DNA of 64,000 nt from Bacteroidales bacterium. Lineage in GTDB: Bacteria > Bacteroidota > Bacteroidia > Bacteroidales > Muribaculaceae. This document shows, piece by piece, positions 54,686-63,147 of this stretch. The notes under the pieces were generated by a model, which searched no databases, was not told the DNA's origin, and saw only the letters and a program-made list of their open reading frames with translations. The first letter of the stretch is position 1. Every line of letters begins with the position of its first letter. The position numbers were made by a program, and so were the translations under genes. Location of the stretch: assembly GCA_004552485.1 (NCBI GenBank), contig SFOH01000008.1, positions 590-64,589 on the forward strand. Direction: 5' to 3'.

Positions 54686-54693
54686 TAACTTTG
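54686..54693 (+). promoter_or_regulatory. -7 promoter box (TAacTTTG)
   Basis: 31 nt upstream of ATG 54724. Confidence 0.6.
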
Positions 54694-54723
54694 CACGAAC
54701 ATCCAAACGACACCGAAAAAGAC

Positions 54724-55344
54724 ATGAACACTACTCTCACCGAGTTTATCCGAACGGAAATCTTACCGCAATACGCCGCCTTCGACAAGGCCCACCGCGA
54801 AGACCACGCCCGCATGGTCATCGAGCAGAGCCTGGAGCTGGCACGTCACAACGACGTGGACGAGGACATGGTCCTGGCCATCGCTGCCTATCACGACCTG
54901 GGTCTCAGCGTCGACCGCAAGACACATCACCTCGAGTCGGGCCGCATCTTCCGCAGCGACACGCGCCTGACGCAGTGGTTCACACCCGAACAGATTGAGA
55001 CGATGGCACAGGCCGTCGAAGACCACCGGGCTTCGTCCGACCACGCCCCGCGCAGCATCTACGGCAAGATTGTGGCCGAAGCCGACCGCTTCATCGACCC
55101 GGAGAAAATCATCGAGCGCACGGTGCAGTTCGGCCTTGACCACTACCCCGAGCTCGACAAGGAGGGTCACTGGCAGCGCACGCTCGAGCATCTTCACGAG
55201 AAATACGCAGAGGGCGGCTACCTGCGTCTGTGGTTTCCGCAGTCGCCCAATGTCGCCCGCCTGGGCCGCCTGCGCCGCATCATTCGCGACGAGGCCCTGC
55301 TCCGCACCATCTTCGAGCGCTATTTTCCGTCCGACAAAACGTGA
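54724..55344 (+). CDS. HD domain-containing phosphohydrolase
   Basis: Start MNTTLTEFIR. HD motif region AIAAYHDLG ... HHLESG. Confidence 0.8.
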   Translation: MNTTLTEFIRTEILPQYAAFDKAHREDHARMVIEQSLELARHNDVDEDMVLAIAAYHDLGLSVDRKTHHLESGRIFRSDTRLTQWFTPEQIETMAQAVEDHRASSDHAPRSIYGKIVAEADRFIDPEKIIERTVQFGLDHYPELDKEGHWQRTLEHLHEKYAEGGYLRLWFPQSPNVARLGRLRRIIRDEALLRTIFERYFPSDKT

Positions 55345-55349
55345 GAGCC

Positions 55350-56120
55350 ATGAACGTCTCCGCCAATGACATCCTCGACTGTCTGACCGCCATGGCCGAC
55401 CCCGGGCAGACACGACAGCTCATGCGCTTTTTCAAGACCGGCAAAGGCGATTACGGCGAAGGCGACCGCTTCATGGGCCTGCGCGTGCCACAGACACGTG
55501 CCGTCGTGCGAGAAGCGGCGCACCGAGTGTCGCTACCCGAAATCGAAAAGCTCCTTTACAGCCCATGGCACGAGGCGCGCCTCGCCGGCTTCCTCCTCCT
55601 CGAGGCCGAGATGAAAGCCGCGCTGCCCGGACGCCGCAAAGGCATCCCCGCGGACACGCCGCAGAAAGCCGCGCGCCGCGACGCCATTGCCCGTTTCTTC
55701 CTCCGCCATGCACGTCAGGCCAACAACTGGGACCTCGTCGATATCCCCTGCCGCGGCATCCTCGGCGAGTGGCTCATGCACCCCGGCGCCGACGGCAACC
55801 TCCCCTCGCGCGACATCCTCGACCGGCTCGCACTCAGCGACAATCTTTGGGAGCAGCGCATCGCCATCGTCACAACATGGCGCTTCATCCGCGAGCGGCA
55901 GTTCGCCGACACGCTGCGCCTGGCCACGCTCCTGCTCGGCCATCCCCACGACCTCATACACAAAGCCGTGGGCTGGATGCTCCGCGAAGTGGGCAAGAAA
56001 GACGAAGGCGTCCTCCTCGACTACCTCGAAGAGCACCACGCAGCCATGTCGCGCACCACCCTCCGCTACGCCATCGAACGCCTCCCCCACCCCCTCCGCC
56101 TCGCCTGGCTCCGCCACTAA
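55350..56120 (+). CDS. DNA alkylation repair protein (AlkD-like HEAT repeat)
   Basis: Start MNVSANDILD. FFKTGKGDYGEGDRFMGLRVP and NNWDLVD are typical of the family. Confidence 0.85.
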   Translation: MNVSANDILDCLTAMADPGQTRQLMRFFKTGKGDYGEGDRFMGLRVPQTRAVVREAAHRVSLPEIEKLLYSPWHEARLAGFLLLEAEMKAALPGRRKGIPADTPQKAARRDAIARFFLRHARQANNWDLVDIPCRGILGEWLMHPGADGNLPSRDILDRLALSDNLWEQRIAIVTTWRFIRERQFADTLRLATLLLGHPHDLIHKAVGWMLREVGKKDEGVLLDYLEEHHAAMSRTTLRYAIERLPHPLRLAWLRH

Positions 56121-56157
56121 CCACCACACGCGCCTTACCGAAAAAGAGATTAAAAAA

Positions 56158-56190
56158 AGCCGCCCTGAGCGAACCAGGACGGCTTTTGTT
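56158..56190. terminator. Bidirectional hairpin terminator between convergent genes
   Basis: A7-AGCCGCCCTG-agcgaa-CCAGGACGGCT-TTTGTT. Confidence 0.6.
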
Positions 56191-56222
56191 AGTGGGGATG
56201 GGTCAGGGGTCAGGCGAGGTCA

Positions 56223-59200
56223 TCAATATTTGATTTTCTGAACCTTCGAGCCCTGACGGCGGATGTAGTAGTGGCCATGCTGAGGCTCGCCGTAGATGCG
56301 AACGCCCTGGAGGGTGTACCATTCTACTTCCTCGGCGTTCTCGCCTTCGAGGTCTTCCACGCCCGAGTTGTTGTCGATATAGACGGGATAGTTGTAGATG
56401 GCGAAGTTAACGGGACAGCCGTCGCACATTCTCAAGGCGCTTAATTTGGCATTGCCGATCGGGAAATCGCCAGGGATGGCGAATGTGCTTGTATAGACTT
56501 TGGTTTCTCCTCCTGCAAGGGTGATATTAACGATGAAATTAGCCTCATACACATCTTTGTCTTGCTCCTCGTTAGAAATAGTCGGGAAAATTGAATACTT
56601 ATGCTCGGATGCGGAAGTATTGTGCAGAGTCAGTGAGTAGGAGTGGGTTTTGCCTACTTCAAGTTTGTCCGCGATATTTATGTTTGTAATCTCGACGGGG
56701 CAATCACCGGTTTCGGATGATGTCTTGCCGATGGTAACAGTATGATATCCGCCAATCGCCTTTACGCTGGTATTCAGAAGAGCGAATGAGCATGAACCTT
56801 CGGGCATATCAGAAGGTACGGCAACAGAGTAGGTTCTCTCAACGGTTTCGCCGGCGGCAAGGGTAACATCGAAATACTCACCGAAGGCAAATTTATCTAA
56901 GCCTTCGACCTGCGTACTAAGATACGTGCGGATTTGTTCTGTAACTTTCGTAGAAGCCGTATTGCGGAGCGTCACGGTGAAGCCGGTGCTCTGTCCGGGA
57001 ATGAACGCATCGTTGAACGTGGTCTTGTCGCAGACAATGTTGCTGACAGTGTAATCGGGCACCTGGGCGGCTTTCACGGTCACGGGAATGGTGCGTGCCT
57101 GATACTCCTTGTTGTCGGTGTCGAAGACGCGCAGATTGTACTCACCGGCGGCGACTGACGACGACGGTGTGAACGTGGCGGAGAATGTGCCGGTGCTGTT
57201 AGCAGCGACATTTTACCTGAATCTTCTCGACGGACGATGTAATCAGAGATGTGTTGGAGGAGCTGCCGATGCGGGGCATCAGCTGTTTGCTGAACGCTGT
57301 ATTGGTCGTGTTCTTGACGGTGAAGGTTAGTGTGGAAGCCTTGCCGATGGTGAGAACGGGGTGCGTTTCGCTTATGTCGACAGTGACGCTGCCGGTCACG
57401 GGGTCGGGATCACCGGAGCCGGTGCCAACGGTTACTGTAACAGGGCTAACAAGATAACCTCCGTCCCATGGATCGTCCGGTCCGCCGGTGCTGGTTCATA
57501 TCACATTGAAATCAGCCTCGCCGGTCGGGAAATTAGCGGGCACCAGCATGCTGTATGTATAGCTCGTTTTGGCACGGCCCTCCAGGGTAACGGTCTTATA
57601 TTGACCGTAAGCTGTTTCGCCGGTTGCCTTGTTCTTAAGAACGCCGAACATCTCAGCCGTGCTGGCATTTTTTCCATCACAATAGAGTTCGAGAACAGTA
57701 TTTGCGTTTTGGCCAACATTGAAATTTCCTAATTTGTAACCGCTGCACTCGATGAAGCCGGTACCACCTTCTTCGCCAATAACGGAAACCTTTATCGGTG
57801 TGCTGACAATCTTGTTGTTGCCATCGCAGAAAATCAGATAGTAGTCGTCGCCCTTGTAGGCAGTCACTTTGCCGGAGAAGTTCACGGTGTTGTTGCCCTT
57901 GTTGAGCGTGACTGTCTGAGCGGGGAATTTGGTTTTGAACACGTAGTACGTGCCGTCCGAACGCTCCTCGAGCACACAGATGCGCGGAGCAAGAGTCTCG
58001 GCGTGGGCCGAGGGATAGGTGCTGACGATGTTGGTGCCGATGGTCACGCTCTCCTGCTCGTTATTGAAAACGGGGAGGTTGGTGACGTTCAGCGTGTAGC
58101 CGAAGACTACGCCGTCGGGAGCGTTGGAGTAGCGGCCAAGAACCGATACCTCAGTGCCGGTGATGCGAATCTTGTACATGCAGCACATGCCGTAGCCCTA
58201 GCGAATCGGCTGGAAGGCGCCGCCGTCCACATTGTACATTGCGCGCACCTTATACTCCGTCGGGCACTGTGGGGAGAGTATAATAGAAAAGGTTCATGCC
58301 TTTCCAACCCCAGCCGGATTCGAGTTCGGCATAGTCGATATCGGTGTCGTACGTAGCGCCGTTCTCGGCCTTGAGCTGCGTCTTGATACCGAAATTGCCC
58401 TTGTAGGAACCACGGTTGTAGAGAAGTTCAGCGGAGTTGTCGACGCCGAAGTCGGCGCGGATTGACGTCCCGGACGTGCTGAAAGAGCAGTTCATGCCGG
58501 CAGCCGAGCCAAGGAACGGGTCGGGACGAGTGCCGCCGGCCGGACGTTTCATGTAGAAAACAGCGCCCTGATTGTCGCTGAATCCGCCGCCCGTGCCGCC
58601 GCCTGCGCCAAGAGACGAGGGGTTGACGGGGGAGGTGCGGAAATAGCCGTCGGACGAGCCGCACCAGCCCCAGTTGATATGGAAGGTGCCGTCGGTCTTG
58701 CAGCCGTCGAAGACGAAGCAGTGACCGCCGCCCGAGCCGAAACCGGCATTGATGATGGGGCCGTTCTGCTGCAGACTCTCTACGAGCATATTGTCCCATT
58801 CGGTCTCCTCGTAGAAGCAGCGGTATTTGTACTCGGCGCCGGCGTCGTAGCTGAAGTTCTCGTTCAGCGCACGTGCCACCACAGAGGGAGTGGCGCCTGA
58901 ACCGCCTTCGGAGTCGCCGCCATAGTCCGTATTTACGGAATAGGCACAGACCTTCATCAGCCATGCCACAGCCTCACGCTGCGCCGTTGTGCCGGCGCCG
59001 TTCGAGTAGTTGGCGAGCATGTTGTTCCAGTCGAGTGCCTTCTCGCTGAGGTCGGCGCTGAGAGTCTGGTTGCCGCCGTTCTCCCAGGTGTAGGTCTTCG
59101 TGCCGGTGGCTCGGGCGGGGTACTTGTGCCAGTTAAGCACCTGTGCCATAGCCGTGGCCACACAGCCCGAATAAGTCCTATTGCCGTTCAGCATGGGAGC

Positions 59201-59729
59201 GAGGTCATTGTAGGGCGAGTCTGGTCCCACTGCGTGGTGAGCATCGGGCTGATGTTCACGCTGATGCGCTTCTTGGACGATGCCAGAGGACGCGTTCCCG
59301 ACTCGTTCATGAGCGACGAAGCGGCGGGAGTCTCCAGCTGGTCCTGCACAGTGCTCTCTTTCTTCTGAGACTGCTTGCGGGCCCAGGCAATCTGACGGGC
59401 ATACTCGTCGAGCCATGCCGCCATGTTCGGTGGCATCTGACTGACACTGAAATTGGGGTTATCGACATAACCCAACACGGGATAAGCCATGTCGTCGGCA
59501 CCCACGAATGTGGTGGTCTTGCCGTCGCCAAAAACGTAGACCGCAGCCTGAGAGACCTGCGACACCGTCTTCAGAGCTTCACCGAGCCGGACGAAGCCAC
59601 ACGGTGCATGCCTTTTGAAGCCGCCTCGGCACGGGCCCTTTCCCAGGCCTGGTCCGGCGACAGCTCCGCCGCCGACAGGGACATGGCGCCCATCGCCAAC
59701 GCGGCAACTAAGATTAGCTTTTTCATCAT
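56223..59729 (-). pseudogene. Peptidase C10 (streptopain-like) with N-terminal Spi-type propeptide, Ig-like repeats and a T9SS C-terminal sorting domain; multiply disrupted
   Basis: Signal peptide MMKKLILVAALAMGAMS at 59729. Propeptide (AAVYVFGDGKTTTFVGADDMAYPVLGY). Catalytic Cys (SGCVATAMAQVLNWHKYP) and His (GGGHCFVFDG). CTD (EWYTLQGVRIYGEPQHGHYYIRRQGSKVQKIKY). Lesions: frameshifts near 59575, 59220, 58255 and 57212, an in-frame TAG at 58198-58200, and an in-frame TGA at 57496-57498. Confidence 0.85.
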
Positions 59730-59894
59730 TTGAATGAAAGTTTTTTTAAATAATAATGTCTTTAAGGTCCAAAGATTCTTACAAAATCACAGGATTCCTG
59801 CATAGGTACGACATTTGTTCCTCATTCCCAAATAGTTCTGCAAAAATCGCCAGCCCCTCTTCTTTTGAGGGAGAAATGAGAGAAAAACCGGCTC

Positions 59895-61376
59895 TCACTG
59901 CGAGGGGCGACGACGGTAGAGGCAGCCGCGGAAACCGGAGCCTTCGGAGTATGTGGTCACGAGTTCATAGCGATCCTTGTCACGGATGAACGCGAGGTCT
60001 TCAAGGGGGTATTCGGTCAGCAGCCATTTTGGGTTGGCACGCTCAAAGGACTCGGCGATACGGCGGCGTATGTCATCGGAGTTTTTGCACATGACGGGCT
60101 GCATGAAGAAGTAGGTGCCGACGGGATAATGGCCCGTCTGAGCCAGGGAGTAAGCGCCGTAGTACACTCGGTAGGGCGCAATGTAAACGCTGTCGAGGTC
60201 GTTGGCAGGGACGTTTTCGATGATGGCGCGCGACACGGGGTCGATCCATCCGCGTGAGACAGGAACGTGCGATTTGATAACCCGGTATTGCCGTGCGAGG
60301 TATCCGGCGGAACCGAAGAGAGGCAAGAGTACGGCCAGGGTTGTGAGAATGACCCCAACCCTCCCGTAATGAGTCGCTATGTAATAATACGTGGCTATGG
60401 CGGCGGGGATTGCCATGATGAAATAATGGCGATAGTCGCCTCCCTGCACGAGCACTAATGCGGTCACGGCGGCAAGCATGATGAACATGATTGCCAAGGT
60501 GTTGCGCCCAAAGCGATTTTTCAGCAGGTCACGGGCACCGACAACGCACATTATTGCGCAAGACAGGAGTGTTACGGCGAAAGTGGCAATGCCGTGAAGA
60601 CCGAGCTTGTCGTGCTGCGCTGCCAAGTATTTGAAGTTATATGTGAAGGTACCGTAGATGCATTCGTCCAGGGCTCCATGGCTCGCGAAATAGGCAACGA
60701 AAGGCAGCAGTCCGAGTGCCAGGCCGCCTAAAAACCAAGCGATGGAAAGTAGCAATGTTCGCCATTCACGGCGATGAATAAGAATTATGGACAGTGCGAT
60801 GACGACGGCGCAGACAACGATATTGTTGTTGACGCGTATCATGGCCGTCAGCGCAAAGCAAAGGCCTGAGACAAAAGCGATTGTGGTGAGCGGCGTCACC
60901 TTGTTTCCGCTTAGATATCTGACTGCCATCAACAACGGCAGCATCTGAAACGGCAGGCTGAACTCTTCGACCGTGCCCCCGCCTTCGATATAGAGTCCCA
61001 GAAGTATGCCAGACATAAGCACGCCAAAGACACATTTTCTCAACGAGAGCCGCATGGCGCGTCCTGTCAGGAAAAGCATCCACATTGATGCTGCCACAAA
61101 GACGAGTTCGAGCAGCCAGACGCCCATCTTTCCCTTACACAGCCAGATACCCAGTGAATAGATGGCGAAAATCAGCGGTCCTTTATGGTCAAAGAGTTCG
61201 ACATAAGGCAATTTGCCGTCAAGCCACCCGCTTCCGATGGTCTGGAAAATGATGTAATCGCCGGCGCATTGCTCATAAAGGAGAGTGCCGGCCGAGGGGA
61301 AGATGGTTATGATCAGAGCGGCATAGGCCGTAATTGCAAGCAGCAGCGCTCCGCTGCGGACTCTTTCTCTATTCAT
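59895..61376 (-). CDS. GT-C fold membrane glycosyltransferase (ArnT/PMT-like)
   Basis: 493 aa with about 12 TM segments and an early loop motif ELFDHKGPL resembling the D/E-x-x-KPP(L) motif of GT39/GT83 enzymes. Intact ORF. Confidence 0.65.
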   Translation of the reverse strand: MNRERVRSGALLLAITAYAALIITIFPSAGTLLYEQCAGDYIIFQTIGSGWLDGKLPYVELFDHKGPLIFAIYSLGIWLCKGKMGVWLLELVFVAASMWMLFLTGRAMRLSLRKCVFGVLMSGILLGLYIEGGGTVEEFSLPFQMLPLLMAVRYLSGNKVTPLTTIAFVSGLCFALTAMIRVNNNIVVCAVVIALSIILIHRREWRTLLLSIAWFLGGLALGLLPFVAYFASHGALDECIYGTFTYNFKYLAAQHDKLGLHGIATFAVTLLSCAIMCVVGARDLLKNRFGRNTLAIMFIMLAAVTALVLVQGGDYRHYFIMAIPAAIATYYYIATHYGRVGVILTTLAVLLPLFGSAGYLARQYRVIKSHVPVSRGWIDPVSRAIIENVPANDLDSVYIAPYRVYYGAYSLAQTGHYPVGTYFFMQPVMCKNSDDIRRRIAESFERANPKWLLTEYPLEDLAFIRDKDRYELVTTYSEGSGFRGCLYRRRPSQ

Positions 61377-61392
61377 ACTTCAAATGCACACA

Positions 61393-62399
61393 TTAATTAT
61401 TACGCAGATGACGGTTTCCGATAGCAAGAGAGAGGAGCCTGTTTCTGCTCATTACAGCGGACAGCAGCCAGGAGATGGTGAGTGCGCCCATGAAAAGGAG
61501 GGCTGGTGCGCCTACGGGATGGGAGTCCATAAGCAAGGTGAGCCCCGGGATGAACAGCAGCGCGCTCCATATCAGTATGTGGTGGATGATATATATTCCC
61601 ATGCTGTGACGGTCAAGCGAGTCGGCGACGCGGCCGCCCACCGGCAATGGATGGCCGAAAGCAGCACATAGAAGCATATAAACAGGCAATATACGGGGAG
61701 ATTGACGTATAATCTGTAAAGCGGGAGCGAGGGCATTCGGCCGATGAAAAAGGCCAGGAATGCGAACGCAGCCAATGTCAGCAGTTGCATCCACACAGGC
61801 CGGTGCTTCATCTTTTCAGCGATTCCGAGTCGCACCGTCAGCATGCCGCAGATAAATGCGGGCATATATCGGACGGCGAAGGTCCACGCTGCCACGTTGG
61901 GCCACCGGGTTCCGTATTCACCGATAAATGCATAAGAGATGAGAAAGAAAATCAAACCTCCTATTAATGCTTTGAAGTTCATTGCCCACTTGCCACTGAC
62001 GATTACAATGGCGAATATAACCATAAGCATCAGCAGGAACCACAGATGTTGTACGCCGCAATAGAATTCTTTCAGAATATGACCGGAGGGGAAGAGCAAC
62101 AGCCCCACAACAGCCCAAAGGGAATAAGGGACAAGGAGTCGGAGCGCCTTATCCTTCAGCATTTTAGGCCGGTTGCGGTATTTCTCTTTAGTAAAATACA
62201 GCTTGGCATACAACAGTCCAGTGATAAAGACGAAGACCGTGAGTGCAAGATTAGACAGTTGCTTCCAGTAAAAAATGCTTTCAAACTGCCGGGCATGATG
62301 GAAGAGCCCGGTCCATACGCCATAATAGCAGACACTGTGGTACAATACAATTAGAAGCATTGCACCAATCCGCATCTGTTGTATGGCGACGTCTATCAT
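61393..62399 (-). pseudogene. Acyltransferase family 3 (OafA-like O-acyltransferase), frameshifted near 61650-61690
   Basis: ORF 61572..62399 has the N-terminal signature (RIGAMLLIVLYHSV). The C-terminal signature (DRHSMGIYIIHHILIW) lies in another frame, in ORF 61393..61794. Confidence 0.75.
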
Positions 62400-62460
62400 T
62401 AGGATTCTTCGGTTTTGATTGTTTGGCGTTCAATCTTTTCCGTTCGCATACTAGCGTCCA

Positions 62461-62468
62461 CAAAGATA
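62461..62468 (-). promoter_or_regulatory. -7 promoter box (TAtcTTTG)
   Basis: 62 nt upstream of ATG 62399. Confidence 0.55.
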
Positions 62469-62553
62469 AAGAGAAAATCTGACACCGCCAAATTTTCCGC
62501 GTAAGCTAAGAGACACCGGAGGAATGGCGGCGTGAGCGGCCTGTCTGATGAGG

Positions 62554-62584
62554 AAAAAACCGGATGCCGACGAGCGGCATCCGG
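62554..62584 (-). terminator. Rho-independent terminator (perfect 10-bp stem, T6)
   Basis: Minus strand CCGGATGCCG-ctcgt-CGGCATCCGG-TTTTTT. Confidence 0.7.
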
Positions 62585-62593
62585 TTTCGGAAC

Positions 62594-62615
62594 TATTGCT
62601 GTCCGATAAAAGATG
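62594..62615. repeat. 22-bp inverted repeat, left copy (TATTGCTGTCCGATAAAAGATG)
   Basis: Perfect reverse complement of 63075-63096. A 17-nt variant (2 mismatches) in the same orientation lies at 63924-63940. Confidence 0.85.
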
Positions 62616-62635
62616 AGAACGGCACAAAATCATGG

Positions 62636-62677
62636 CTCGACTGATGATTCTAAGGCAGTCGAGTCTGTTTTTTTGAT
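62636..62677 (+). terminator. Orphan plus-strand intrinsic terminator
   Basis: CTCGACTG-12 nt loop-CAGTCGAG followed by TCTGTTTTTTTG. No plus-strand gene upstream. Confidence 0.5.
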
Positions 62678-62727
62678 TTCCAAGCCCCCAAAATCTTGCC
62701 CGGACTTCAGTCACCGAATATGCGACT

Positions 62728-62963
62728 GGGAACGCCGCACGTATCCGGCTATAAGAGCCAGGGGCGCAGGCTGCGCGTTAGCGCTGCCAAACCCCTGGTA
62801 TTGTGGTATTTATGAGATTGCACTGCGTAGCTGTGCATTAGTTGAAACGCTTACGCACAGCTAACGCAGTGCGCTCTGTATTGTACTGTATACCAGGGGT
62901 ATGGCAGCGCTAACGCGCAGCCTGCACCCCTGGCACTAATCGCCCGCTGACGCCGGCGTTCCC
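62728..62963. repeat. REP/MITE-like repeat, inverted dimer (about 236-bp imperfect palindrome centred near 62845)
   Basis: Left arm GGGAACGCC...GCCAGGGGCGCAGGCTGCGCGTTAGCGCTGCCAAACCCCTGGTA is the reverse complement of right arm TACCAGGGGTATGGCAGCGCTAACGCGCAGCCTGCACCCCTGGC...GGCGTTCCC. Inner arms are GCACTGCGTAGCTGTGC / GCACAGCTAACGCAGTGC. Confidence 0.85.
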
Positions 62964-63074
62964 TGACGTCGAATGGCCCATAGCATGGTAACTGATAACA
63001 GAGAGGAAGACATACCTCACAGACTAATGCCCTATGTCCTTTGACAGGCTACGCGAAGCATGCGCTCTTCCGCC

Positions 63075-63096
63075 CATCTTTTATCGGACAGCAATA
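63075..63096. repeat. 22-bp inverted repeat, right copy (CATCTTTTATCGGACAGCAATA)
   Basis: Perfect reverse complement of 62594-62615. Confidence 0.85.
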
Positions 63097-63147
63097 TATT
63101 TTTTTAGACAGTAGGAGGGATAGGACAGAAGCGATGGGGCGGTTACT

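Noticed and set aside
57496-57498. In-frame TGA codons (57496-57498 in the C10 gene, 63721-63723 in the esterase) as possible selenocysteine sites or TGA-reassigned foreign DNA.
   Set aside because: Genes throughout the window, including in the low-GC block, terminate normally at TGA, and several ATGA stop/start overlaps occur. The same genes also carry frameshifts and a TAG. No SECIS-like hairpin follows either site. Neither position corresponds to a redox-active Cys. Plain nonsense mutation is the simplest explanation.
62451-62864. Small ORFs 62451..62714 (-) and 62613..62864 (+) between the acyltransferase and the esterase.
   Set aside because: They are built from the terminator hairpin, the inverted repeat and the palindromic repeat. 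Their sequences are low-complexity and Arg/Ser/Cys-rich, and there is no start context.
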